A DNA stretch of 64,000 nucleotides from an uncultured Nitrososphaeraceae archaeon (GCA_963825865.1 CAWGVG010000057.1:47535-111534); one strand, 5' to 3'. Positions 32,186 through 43,169 are shown, counted from the first letter of the stretch. Numbers and translations: made by a program. Notes: generated from the letters alone by a model not told the origin.

Positions 32186-33010
32186 TTGCATTACTACTAT
32201 ACTTTTGTTGCTTCAGAACAGGATTCGGCAAGTATGACTATGGTAAACTACTTGATAGATGACAAAGGTTTTTCAATATATGATGATAATAATAATTCCA
32301 TTAAATCAAAAGTCTACAAAAATATTGAACTCTACATTTCTACCAAAAGTTCGCTTTATCTAGAAGATTTGGACGAAATATACCCTCACTCAAAAGCATT
32401 TATTTTTCTTAGTAGACACAGATCTGAAAGCGGAATTCCTACTCTGACTTGTCATTGTACGGGCAATTATGGTGTAGATACCCATTATGGTGGAAACCAG
32501 CGAGAAATAGCAATATCATATCCATATTTACAAAAACAATACCTCAAAAGGATCACTAATGCAAAGTCTTCAATTCCAGATTATGATATTATTATAGAAG
32601 CAACCCATCATGGGCCTACATCACTAAAAAAGCCAGTACTTTTTGCTGAAATTGGTTCAACAGAAATACAATGGCTTGACAGAAATGCTGCTTCTGTTGT
32701 ATGCGATTGTATATTGAATATCATTGCAAATGGTTTGGAGGAAAATTGTGAAAAAGTCGGAATCGGTTTAGGAGGAACACATTATCCTATAAAATTTAAC
32801 AAATTATTGTTAGAGACTGAATTTGGTCTTGCAGCTGTGGCTGCTAAATATAACTTAAAATCAATTGATGAAAAAATGCTACATCAAATGATTGTAAAGA
32901 GTGTGGAAAAAGTTACTCATATAGTAGTTGACTGGAAAGGACTTGGAAAAGAAAAGAATAGGATAATGAGACTAGTAGAAAATACTGGACTTGATGTATT
33001 GAAAGTTTGA
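32186..33010 (+). CDS. dtdA: D-aminoacyl-tRNA deacylase (archaeal DTD2/GEK1 type)
   Basis: SRHRS, PTLTCHCTGN, EATHHGPT, EIGS and GGTHY motifs. Confidence 0.93.
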   Translation: MHYYYTFVASEQDSASMTMVNYLIDDKGFSIYDDNNNSIKSKVYKNIELYISTKSSLYLEDLDEIYPHSKAFIFLSRHRSESGIPTLTCHCTGNYGVDTHYGGNQREIAISYPYLQKQYLKRITNAKSSIPDYDIIIEATHHGPTSLKKPVLFAEIGSTEIQWLDRNAASVVCDCILNIIANGLEENCEKVGIGLGGTHYPIKFNKLLLETEFGLAAVAAKYNLKSIDEKMLHQMIVKSVEKVTHIVVDWKGLGKEKNRIMRLVENTGLDVLKV

Positions 33011-33250
33011 TCAAAGATATATGAAAAATAAAACAATGATCCTAAAAACAGACCGACTAAAATTAATTACCAAGGTTTGGAAAAATTGCCTCTACTATAA
33101 ACGGTTCATAACCATCAAATAATATTCTCTATATATAAAAAATGGCAAATACCTACATCGAGTATTACACTTATTATTTTTTATAGTGACAAGCAACTGG
33201 AAGGTACAAATTCTGCTATATAGTTATTGTTGTATTATTACTAACAGGAG

Positions 33251-33685
33251 ATGGCTACAAGACAACAAAAAAGGGTTGATGTAGTTACGGTTTTTCTAGA
33301 ACATGACGGAAAAATCCTCCTTCTCAGACGTAGCCAAAGGGTAAGGACTATGAAGACAATGTGGGCTGGAATAAGCGGGTACATTGAAAACGAAGATCCT
33401 CTGATGCGGGCTCTGAAGGAAATCGAAGAAGAAGCTGGGTTAAGTAATGAAAAAATAAAGCTTCTTTGCATCGGCAGACCTTTAGAAGCTATTGAAAGCG
33501 AGAAAAATCCAGATATACTCTGGATTGTACATCCATATCTTTTTCGTTCAAATACAAATCTCATCAAGATTGATTGGGAGCATGATGAATTAAGGTGGAT
33601 AAAGGCACAAGAAATTCAAAATTATGAAACTGTTCCAAAGTTAAAAGAGGCTTTGGACCGCGTCTATCCTATGAAGGATAATTAA
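33251..33685 (+). CDS. NUDIX hydrolase
   Basis: ILLLRRS, a Nudix-box variant SGYIE-x5-ALKEIEEEAGL, and WEHDELRWI. Confidence 0.9.
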   Translation: MATRQQKRVDVVTVFLEHDGKILLLRRSQRVRTMKTMWAGISGYIENEDPLMRALKEIEEEAGLSNEKIKLLCIGRPLEAIESEKNPDILWIVHPYLFRSNTNLIKIDWEHDELRWIKAQEIQNYETVPKLKEALDRVYPMKDN

Positions 33686-33916
33686 ATTAAATACTTACAT
33701 GGTATTATGGGTCCTATAGATGTATATGATTTAATAATAATGTGAATAACATGAGACCTAGTAATCCGTTATTTCTGATCCTTTTTCGCTATCCAAGGTC
33801 AAAATAAAAAATCTTAAACTGTAATTCGAACTAATGGATTTTTGATAAATGTAGATTTTAATTGAACGATATTCTCATATAATATGGATTAGTTGTTATC
33901 ATGAAGATGATCTCTT

Positions 33917-34210
33917 ATGGCAAAGAAGGTTATCGCACATTTCCGGATTAGGGGTAAAGATGTTTACAAACTACTGTTGAGAAATCCAGCAGGCAAAGTC
34001 TCAATCTATGGTGATATCGCAAGGGTTCTTTGGTAATCCTAGCGCGGCACGGATAACAGGCAAAATTCTTAATCAAATGCTAAACTTGGAGGATATGCCT
34101 GTGGATGGGAAATAAAAAGAGAATTGATTAACAAAGAAGGGATAAAATCTCAAAATGGGAATATAAAAGAGTTTAGAATGTGCAGAATGTTTTTCAAAAA
34201 GAGAATATAA
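33917..34210 (+). pseudogene. O6-alkylguanine DNA alkyltransferase (Ogt/MGMT C-terminal domain) pseudogene lacking the PCHR segment
   Basis: VYKLLLRNPAGKVSIYGDIARVL / GNPSAARITGKILNQ // SNAKLGGYACGWEIKRELINKEG; the NP-x-P-x-PCHRV block is absent at about 34077. Confidence 0.8.
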
Positions 34211-34215
34211 AAATC

Positions 34216-34662
34216 CTAACGAGTCTTGGACTGTTTTACGAGGTCTCTTAAGTGAGACAACGATCTTACCTGACCGCCATTAACTTTCTTGTAAAGTGAC
34301 CAGTATGCCTCTCGGTTGATATCATTTCTGTCTTTTAATACCTTCAGATTATATCTCATTGATCTTACTTTAGCCACATAGATTTTCTTCTTACCCATCC
34401 TCGCTGTCTTCTTACCCTTCTTTGAACCTGGACCTATTCCATGCTTTCTGCGAATAGTAAGTTTTGCTTCAGCACGTGCTCTTGATGTTCCCTTTGGTTT
34501 GACTGTCCAGATCGTTCTATTCTTTATCAGAGCACGTATATTTTCACGGGTAATTGAATCGGCTACGTCATCAAGTTTATCGGGTTCAAATCTAACCCTG
34601 TTTACACCAACATCTAGCATTCTTGCAATTAACTCCCTTTTTTTTCTTATGTTTACAACCAT
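34216..34662 (-). CDS. rpl19e: 50S ribosomal protein L19e
   Basis: VGVNRV, ITRENIR, GPGSKKGKKTAR and LYKKVNGG. Confidence 0.96.
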   Translation of the reverse strand: MVVNIRKKRELIARMLDVGVNRVRFEPDKLDDVADSITRENIRALIKNRTIWTVKPKGTSRARAEAKLTIRRKHGIGPGSKKGKKTARMGKKKIYVAKVRSMRYNLKVLKDRNDINREAYWSLYKKVNGGQVRSLSHLRDLVKQSKTR

Positions 34663-35093
34663 TAAGAATTCTCCTCTCCTTGATCTTCCTCCTTATCGCT
34701 CTTCTTTGGTGCGAGTTTGCCAGCATTTAGTATTTTAATACCGATGCTATCAGCCTTTGCAATAATTTCCTTTCTCTTTCTTATTCCAACTGTATGTGCT
34801 AACCTTGCGGCATCTTTCTTTGCATCTAGCTTAACAACATCATTTACATTGAAAACAAGGTTATCTGTATATCCTGACGGATGAAGTCCTCTTGCTTCTT
34901 TCGGTCCTCTATAGCCAATCTTGACAAGTGGTGGTACACCAGATACCTGCTTCCTCATTTTGTTATCTTTGCCTTTTGGTTTTCTCCAGTTCTCGGCTAA
35001 ACGATCATATCTCCAATTCTCTTGCCTGACAAATCTCGGTCTTCTGTCTGAGATTTTTTTTCTGGCTTGAAGTAATTCCTCATTAATGACCAT
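34662..35093 (-). CDS. rpl32e: 50S ribosomal protein L32e
   Basis: PRFVRQE, WRKPKGKDNKMR and RGLHPSG; stop overlaps the rpl19e start. Confidence 0.96.
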   Translation of the reverse strand: MVINEELLQARKKISDRRPRFVRQENWRYDRLAENWRKPKGKDNKMRKQVSGVPPLVKIGYRGPKEARGLHPSGYTDNLVFNVNDVVKLDAKKDAARLAHTVGIRKRKEIIAKADSIGIKILNAGKLAPKKSDKEEDQGEENS

Positions 35094-35255
35094 AGTGATA
35101 CAAAATAAACAAGTAATCAGTTTTAAATAAATACGTTTCTGACTTAATCCTTTTTGATTATCATACAAAAAACCATTGAATTATTACACTAACACTCGAA
35201 TCTTTAGTACCTGAGTCTGCTTAGCAGAAAGGTTAATAGTTTCAACTTTGATTAA

Positions 35256-35884
35256 ATGAACATGAAAAAATATGAATTACCTCCATTACCATACGCATAT
35301 GACGCGTTAGAGCCGCATATTGATGCAAGAACTATGGAGATACACTATACAAAACGTCATCAGACTTATACGGACAAGCTTAATGCAGCACTTGAAAAAT
35401 GTCCTCCTGCTATTCAAGAAAAAGATATCCTAGAAATATTATCAAATCTTGACCAAGTTCCATCTGATCAAAAAAGTGCAATCAACTTTAATGGTGGAGG
35501 ATTTGATAACCATCGAATATTTTGGAACAATATGAAACCAAATGGTGGAGGAGAGCCGGCGGCTCTATCGCTGATGCAATAAACGCATCCTTTGGAAATT
35601 TTTCAGACTTTAAAGAGAAATTCTCTTCTGCTACCGCATTGATTCAAGGTAGCGGTTGGGGATGGCTAGTCTATAATCCATCTTCCAATAAGGTAGAATA
35701 CAAAACAATGCCAAATCAAACAAGTCCAAGAACAGAGGGTTTGGTCCCGCTCTTAGGATGTGACGTATGGGAACATGCCTATTATCTCAAATATCAGAAC
35801 AAAAGACCTGACTATATTTCTGCTTGGTGGAATGTTGTGAACTGGGACGACACTGCAAAACGTTATGACAGACTAAAGAGGTAA
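35256..35884 (+). CDS. sod: Fe/Mn superoxide dismutase (frameshift near 35560)
   Basis: LPPLPYAYDALEP, NGGGFDNH, GSGWGWL and DVWEHAYY. Confidence 0.95.
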
Positions 35885-36180
35885 GAATGCTTTTTCTTAC
35901 TATTTATGATGTTATTGTAGAGACTTTATTCTGATCGCAGTCTGACCTTTTGAAAGATAAAAGAAGGCCGCTAGAATGATCTAAAGAATTATTGAAATAA
36001 AATAAAATAAAATACATGATTTCTGAAGACTGTTACTACCCGTCACATCTGGTTGTTATCAAATTTCACAAGCAGTAATTTGGTCCCTTCTGAGATCATA
36101 TTCTCCATTTTCTCCTTCTTCTTGTAAGTTTATGATCTTGACAATGAGAGTGTATCAATAATTATATTTAAAGTAAGTTA

Positions 36181-36919
36181 TTATTGAGTTTTTGCCTTTT
36201 TTTGCAAATTGATGATATTAATAGACTCCATAATTCTCCCTTGTAGTTCTACTGATAGCCATGTTATAGTCGTATATCTTTTTTGAATATTCTTTTAATA
36301 CAGGTATCACATCTGACAGCGTTTTGCTTGCATAGAATCCAGGACAATCACCAGTCAATTGAAATGTTGCATGTACAATCGGTATTCCTTTGTCAGATTC
36401 TAACCATGACGCAAATGGGTAGAGCCAGCAAACACCAGGTTTTTCAGGATGGATTCCACAATAGCCTTTTTCATCTAAAAATCTGCAGGTAAGCGGAACG
36501 CCATCCTGTTCTTCTTTCTCGTCCGTTTTTCGCTTTAGAGAAATCATCGTAAGCGTGGTTATTATATTATCAAACGCTTCCTGTTCTTGCCAACTTGAGA
36601 TTCTTGTCTCATTCTTGACAAACTCTGCTTTTGAATCATAACCCATCTTTTCAGCAATGGTTTTGATATCATCTTTTGTAAGTGGTAGCCTCCCCTGTCG
36701 CTCGCAGCAATTATGACAGTCGGGCCATAGACATTTCCACAAAACATATAGATTATCTGTGGTAAGATGAGGAATATGGAATACAACTCCGTCGATATTT
36801 ATTGCTGTATCATCTACATCATTTCTTTTGCCAAGATGTAAATCATACACCTCGGGAGCTATTTTCCATTTTTTTGATAGTATGTCGAGTGAATCTTTGA
36901 CAGAATTCTTGATGCCCAT
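36181..36919 (-). CDS. YkgJ-like cysteine-cluster (CxxxxCxxCC) protein
   Basis: KCLWPDCHNCC, CRFLDxxGxCGIHxxKPxVCxxYPF and CPG; the last codons are probably frameshifted. Confidence 0.85.
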
Positions 36920-36999
36920 AGTTATTACTGCTATATTAGAAGGAACCCGGCGTTTAAATGTGCCACAGAGAGCAATACTGAAGGGTTTTCACAACAGAA

Positions 37000-37356
37000 A
37001 TGACTCCACCATTAGAGGATACAAAGCAAAATGAGATCAAAAGCAAAGGAAAGCATGCATCTTCAACTGAAAATCGTAGAATGGTGTGGGAAAAGGTTGT
37101 TTGGCCTTTAATATTGGAAGTTAACAGATCATATTTTACCTTAAGAGAATACCATATTAAGAGGAATGAATTTTGTCGACTTTCCAAGGTGCGGCCATCA
37201 AAGGTTGCAGGTGGCTTTGTATCATTATTGGTTAAAGGGATACTTATCAGAGAAAAGAACATTTACTCTATACACTATCGACTTATTCCATATATGCGAA
37301 AGAGAGTAAATTTGGAATACGGTCTTGTTATTAGAGAAGTCAATACAAAACGGTGA
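37000..37356 (+). CDS. Basic hypothetical protein, possible winged-helix
   Basis: 118-aa clean ORF; GFVSLLVKGILIREKNIYSIH resembles a helix followed by a wing. Confidence 0.65.
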   Translation: MTPPLEDTKQNEIKSKGKHASSTENRRMVWEKVVWPLILEVNRSYFTLREYHIKRNEFCRLSKVRPSKVAGGFVSLLVKGILIREKNIYSIHYRLIPYMRKRVNLEYGLVIREVNTKR

Positions 37357-37534
37357 CATCAATTAATATGCATTAAAGTCAATGGTAATTTTATGCAAAT
37401 CGTCAATAAAGAGATTAACTTTTTATTTATTTTAATTAGTTGTAAGTGAAACTAATTGGAAATCAGTTAAAAGACTAAACTAGCGATAAAGTCAAATAAC
37501 GGTATAGATGGGAATCTTTATGTAGCCCGTATGA

Positions 37535-37670
37535 AGCCCGGTCGAACCTGTATTAACTTAATCAGGTGCCGAATCTAGTGGCCAATCTCCAAGTTGGGCT
37601 AGGGATTTCAGGCTCTGGATCTAACAAGAAAAGAAACCTGGAGACAGCAGTTCGAATCTGCTCCGGGCTA
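37535..37670 (+). tRNA. tRNA-Gln(CUG) with three introns (10/11, 21/22, 37/38)
   Basis: Removing 37545-37573, 37586-37602 and 37619-37635 gives AGCCCGG TC GTCT AGTGGCCAA GGAT T TCAGG CTCTGGA CCTGG AGAC AGCAG TTCGAAT CTGCT CCGGGCT A, a full cloverleaf. Each junction forms a strict or relaxed bulge-helix-bulge. Confidence 0.92.
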
Positions 37671-37673
37671 TAT

Positions 37674-39272
37674 TCATATTTTTGGGCCAGCATTTCGAAT
37701 TTCTTTAGATGTCTCTCCGAATTTTTCAAAGTTTTTGACAAATAATGCTGCAAGTCTCTTGGCGGAAATATCATACTTTTCCTTATCAGACCAAGTGTTA
37801 CGTGGGTCGAGAACTTCAGATGGAACTCTAGGACATAAAGTTGGGATTTCCAAGTTGAAAATGTCATTATGTATAAAGGCGTTTTCTCTAAATCTCCATT
37901 CAATGCTGAGGTAACCATCGCTCTAGTATGCTTGAGGTCAATCCTCTTGCCAACGCCATATGGCCCACCAGACCAACCAGTGTTAATAAGATACACCCTT
38001 GTATTATGCTTGGCAATTTTCTGTCCAAGCATCTTTGCATATTCCCTAGCATGCAATGGCATAAATGGAGCACCAAAACATTGTGAGAATGTCTCTTTAG
38101 GTTCAGTGATTCCTCTTTCCGTTCCTGCCAATTTACTGGTATATCCGGACATAAAGTGATACATAGCACCTTCTTTTGTCAGTTTCGCAATCGGTGGCAT
38201 TACCCCAAAGGCATCAGCAGTCAAAAAGATAATAACATTTGGATGATTAGCAACGCTTGGAATTATTGCAGCAGGGATAAATTTAAGAGGATAAACAACT
38301 CGCGTATTTTCTGTAAGACTTCCATCAGAAAAATCAGGCTCTCGAGTATCTCTCTTAATAATGACATTTTCCATTACTGCACCAAATCTTATGGCATCTC
38401 CAGATTTGCGGTTCATTTTCTTTTTTTAAATTTATGCATTTTGCATAACAACCACCTTCAAAGTTGAAAATACCTTTATCAGACCATCCGTGTTCGTCAT
38501 CTCCAACAAGACGCCTCTCAGGGTCTGCTGAAAGAGTCGTCTTTCCTGTACCAGATAATCCAAAGAACAATGCAGCTTTTCTATCTATTCCAACATTGGC
38601 CGAGCAGTGCATGGGAAACACACCCTTAGTGGGTAAAAGATAGTTCATTATAGAGAACATAGCTTTCTTAATTTCGCCTGCATAAGAGGTTGCGCCCATT
38701 AGAACAATTTTTTTCTTGAAGTTAATTATAATGAATGTCTCAGTTCTTGTCCCATCTATCTCAGGCATTGCCCCGAAGTCGTTTACAGACAACAGTGTAA
38801 ATTCAGGTTTATGATTTTTAAGTTCCTCCAGAGTCGGGCGGATAAATATTTGAGTCGCAAAAAGGCTATGCCATGCTTTATCGGTGATCACTCTTATGGG
38901 TAATTTTATTTCAGGGTCTGCTCCAACAAAACCATCAAAAACAAAAAACGCTTTGCCTTCGACGTAACTTTTCATTCTGCCGAAAATATTTTCAAACTTT
39001 TCTGCTGAAATTGGATGGTTGACCTTACCCCACTCTATATTATTGGTAGTGTTATCGTCGACAATATACTTATCATCTGGTGATCTTCCTGTAAATTTGC
39101 CAGTTTTTACAGATAGTGCGCCAGTAGAAGAAAGGTTTCCTTCATTTCTATGAATGGCAACCTCTATCAATGATGGCACTGACAAGTTTCGGTGTATCCT
39201 ACCGAGTCTGATATCCATCTCTTCGAGTTGCATCAGACACTTTGTAGTAATAGTCTTTGGGTCGTCATTCAT
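37674..39272 (-). CDS. pckA: Phosphoenolpyruvate carboxykinase (ATP) (two frameshifts)
   Basis: [46 protein letters not shown] and NTGWSGG; the shifted C-terminus ends GPKI*. Confidence 0.96.
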
Positions 39273-39473
39273 TAATATGGTTTAACCATTGACGTGCATA
39301 TTTAATTGATTTCATGCTATAAATAAGAAGTGACTTTTCTTCTTCTACTATGACGTATATCCGTAGATTTGTATTTGAGCTATTAAGGGGAATGTATCTT
39401 ATGACCGTTTTGAAAGACATAGATCTATCTGATACTTTGGACTGGACAAAAGCAAACCGTATAAGGTTAATTA

Positions 39474-40683
39474 ACAGCTATGTAAACACACGCGTAGTTA
39501 TTTTCTGTAAACTATGACTAGTTATGTTCTTGTGCGTGTTATTATAATCCTCGGTCCAATCCGATACTGCCTGTCCTATATCAGACTCATTTCCAAATGT
39601 ACTGTTATCGATGGCTTTCCTTTGCATCCACATCCATCTTACCTCTATCATATTGAGTTCTGGCGATTTTGTAGGAAGGAACACAGGCACTATTCTTGGA
39701 TGATGGTGTGCTAACGCTTCTCTTGTCTTCTTGGATTTGTGTATTATGGACGCGTTGTCAAGTACCATGAATATTCTTTTGATGCTTGAATCATAGACTG
39801 AATCCACTTTATTCATGAAATCGATGAACTGATTACTTTTCTTCTGTTGTTGGTAGCAGTGCGTTAACAACATTCTATCGTTTGTATAATCGTAAATGCC
39901 AAACACGTTCAACAAACCTTTTACTTTCTGATCATGTTCTATTTTGGTCTGAGTAGAACACCATGAAGAACCACCATATGTTTTAGCTGCTATGGGTCCT
40001 TTTTCATCCTGAAATAACAGGTACCTGAATATGCATTGGAGTTATTCTTCAGCTCTTCAATATGCTTTTTTTAAATCATAATCTGGGCCTTTGCTTTTAC
40101 TACCTAGAACAATCTTGGAATGTCTCCACTCAATACCGTGTTTTAAAAGTACATTTCTTATTTCAGCATGACTAATGCTACCAACTATTTTCTTTTCCAT
40201 AACGTACCCTGCTAGAACACGTAATGACCATGTAGAGAATTTCAATCCTAGTTCCCTCGGGTTAGCCGATGCTATACTTACAATCTCGTTTTCTATATCA
40301 TCTGTTATATTTAGAGCATCATGATCATGTTTCCTTGATGATGATACAATGCCATCAATAATACCATGACCGTTGAATCTGTGTATCCATTTACGTATGT
40401 TATATTATCATGATGATTGGTTTTCCTTCTTATCTCAGGTACCGTATATCCTTCATTCCGTAGAAGGATAATCTTGGCTCTATAACCTGCACCCTTACTA
40501 CTATCGTCGTCAATCATGGCGTATAGTCTGTTCTTTTCTTCTTCAGTGATATCTCTGAGATAGGTCGGTCTCATAAAATCTTAGAATAACATGTCAGCTA
40601 AAGTTATTACTACAAAAATAAGCTTGCTGATTCAATCATAATGTCTTTACAACATTAACATACAGACCGTTTTACAATGCTGT
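39474..40683 (-). mobile_element. IS630-family insertion sequence with TA target duplication
   Basis: Ends TA|ACAGCTATGTAAAC and GTTTTACAATGCTGT|TA. HTH part RAKIILL, WSLRVL; catalytic part FQDEKG, VLDNAS, LPTKSPELNMIE. A7G run at 40065-40072. Confidence 0.9.
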
Positions 40684-40923
40684 TAAGTAACTGATTTCGT
40701 CTAGATAAGCAAGTGTATATAATCTTATCACTAACTGACAATATAGGTCAAACCTAAAACTGGAAGTCGAACAATACCTTGGACAGTAAAAATAGTTACA
40801 TTGATGGAATAATTTGAAAATTTCTGCAGTCTGTAGGTCTACGCTTTTTTAATCTTAACTTAATTCTAATTATAAACCGTATTTTTATAGTCAATATTAC
40901 AGTCTAAGTCGGGGCTTATTCGA

Positions 40924-42205
40924 TTGAAGTTCGAAAAACTTACGCTTATAATGTTGCTTGCTTTTGGAATACTTCTTTCTGCTATTTGGACTAATTTCGC
41001 ATACATTAATGTCGCATATGCACAAGTATCGCCGAGTGTACAATCTCCAGCTGCTCCTCCTGTAACAACAGGTAATAATGCTGCAGCTCCTTTTTCGTTA
41101 CCTTCAATGAAGCCAGATAATAACGTTACAATAGCAAAATCTGGCCCGATTGCTGTTGCAGGTCCAGACCAAATAGTCAAAGAAGGTTCAACAGTTACTT
41201 TGAACGGTTCTCAAAGTGTGGATCCCTATGGTATCATTTTATCTTACTCATGGAGGCAAATTCCAACAAATCATATCATAACCTTAAATGGTGCGGATAC
41301 ACCCGTCTGGTCATTTACCGCACCAAAGGTATCATCTGATACTACATTTACATTTGAATTGACAGTTACCGATAACAATGGCACAACTAATAATAGAACT
41401 GTAAATGTTCTTGTTAAGCATTCTCCTTCTACAAGTGATCAACTAGCACCGCCACCGTCAATTGCAGGCGTTGTTCCCCCGCAAACACCTCTTACAAATA
41501 ACCCTCAACCAATTGAAGGTACCACTCCAACCCCAATAGTTAATGGAAATTCAACAAATAATCCACCAATTGTGCGTATTAACCCTCAACCAATTGAAGG
41601 TACCACTCCAACCCCAATAGTTAATGGAAATTCAACAAATAATCAACTAGCACCGCCACCGTCAATTGCAGGCGTTGTTCCCCCGCAAACACCTCTTACA
41701 AATAACCCTCAACCAATTGAAGGTACCACTCCAACCCCAATAGTTAATGGAAATTCAACAAATAATCAACTAGCACCGCCACCGTCAATTGCAGGCGTTG
41801 TTCCCCCGCAAACACCTCTTACAAATAACCCTCAACCAATTGAAGGTACCACTCCAACCCCAATAGTTAATGGAAATACTCCTCCTGTAAAGAATATTAG
41901 TGAACCGCTAGTGGCCAATGCTAATCCTGATAAGATAATTAACAAGGGTAGCATCGTTACATTAGATGGAACCCACAGTACCTGGTACTATCGCATCTTA
42001 CTCATGGAAGCAAATTGGTGGGAAGTCTGTGAAGTTAGTAAGCGCTGATGCTCTAAAGTCAACGTTTATCGCTCCAAGTGTAAAAAAGGATTCACCACTG
42101 AAATTTATGCTTACCATAGACGACGGCAAAGGCAAGACTGCTACCGTTGCTGTAAATGTCCTAGTTCTCAAGGACAGCAGCAAATCAACTCATTCAAAAG
42201 GATGA
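40924..42205 (+). CDS. Secreted/surface protein with two PKD-like domains separated by Pro/Thr/Asn-rich tandem repeats (frameshift near 41975)
   Basis: Signal peptide ending AYA; PIAVAGPDQIVKEGSTVTLNGSQSVDP...SYSWRQ...FELTVTD; second domain VTLDG...SYSWKQIGG...FMLTIDDG. Confidence 0.88.
41440..41877 (+). repeat. 123-bp (41-aa) intragenic tandem repeat: two full units, one near-full unit and one partial unit
   Basis: Units start at 41440, 41644 and 41767; partial unit 41581-41643; copies look nucleotide-identical. Confidence 0.95.
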
Positions 42206-42319
42206 ACAGTTGATGACAAGTATAATCAATACAGAATCTGAAAGGTCTCTAAAATCTTCATTTTTATTATGTCTACCACAACTTATTTGTATATTATATA
42301 CGATATAGTGTTCTTTTTT

Positions 42320-43084
42320 TCATGTTTTTGAAATCATATCTGATAAATCGATATCAAAGAAGGCCTTCAATATTCCAATATATGTTTCGACTGGAGGAGG
42401 AATTTTCTCTTCGCAAGCAACTCCCATATTCCATGCATTTATCCAAATTATCATACTCTGAAGCATATTTACAAATCTGAGATATTGGGTTGGAACAACT
42501 TCCAATGCATCAATATATTTTTCAGCAAGCAACCATGAAGCAGTAAAATCCATGCATGGATTTCCATATATTGCTTCAATTTGCTCTTTTATATTCTTGG
42601 CGTATTTGAATGGCTTTTGACAGATAAAAAAAGGAAAATCGGATTTGTTAGGCAGCATCAAATCAGGTGGAGACCATACTGTTATAAGACGAGCACCGTT
42701 TTTCAACTCATCCTCAAATCTGTTGATCATTTGAAGAACGATATCTGGATCTGTAAACCAGAACAGCAGAACAGTTGCATTTGAAATAGCAGCTTTTCTA
42801 ATGTCATCGTTAATTACTTCAGCGTTCATTATACCTTCAATTTTTTTATGTGCTTTAATTGCTATTGTCTTTCTGATTTCAATTCCAACAGATCTTTTTA
42901 CTTTGAATTCTTTAGCAGCTATTGTAACGGCATTGTTATTTCCACATCCAAGATCGTAGAACATATCTGTTTCGCGAAGATCGGCAAGCCTAAATATTTT
43001 TCTAACTACATTATCAGGAACTGAAATATCTTCGCCTTTTACTACTGATTGAGGCAATGATGATAAGAATTCCGTGATTTTCAA
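42320..43084 (-). CDS. Class I SAM-dependent methyltransferase (DOT1-like N-terminal half)
   Basis: FYDLGCG, SVGIEI, DIRxAxISNATV and ELKNGARLIT. Confidence 0.85.
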   Translation of the reverse strand: MKITEFLSSLPQSVVKGEDISVPDNVVRKIFRLADLRETDMFYDLGCGNNNAVTIAAKEFKVKRSVGIEIRKTIAIKAHKKIEGIMNAEVINDDIRKAAISNATVLLFWFTDPDIVLQMINRFEDELKNGARLITVWSPPDLMLPNKSDFPFFICQKPFKYAKNIKEQIEAIYGNPCMDFTASWLLAEKYIDALEVVPTQYLRFVNMLQSMIIWINAWNMGVACEEKIPPPVETYIGILKAFFDIDLSDMISKT

Positions 43085-43169
43085 TGATATTTTTGTCCCA
43101 CTGCGATTATAACAATCAACGAATTGATACTAACATTATTTATTGGATATATGTAATAAATATGTCACC

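Noticed and set aside
35340-35370. SOD motif HYTKRH instead of HHxKHH
   Set aside because: The metal-ligand His is intact, and CAT to CGT is a single change that may be a miscall in an error-prone assembly.
37562-37680. C-terminal extension of ORF 37562-38416 antisense through the tRNA
   Set aside because: Artefact of a frameshift; the true pckA frame stops at 37674.
41440-41877. Tandem repeats as a CRISPR array
   Set aside because: In-frame 123-bp coding repeats without unique spacers; no cas genes in the window.
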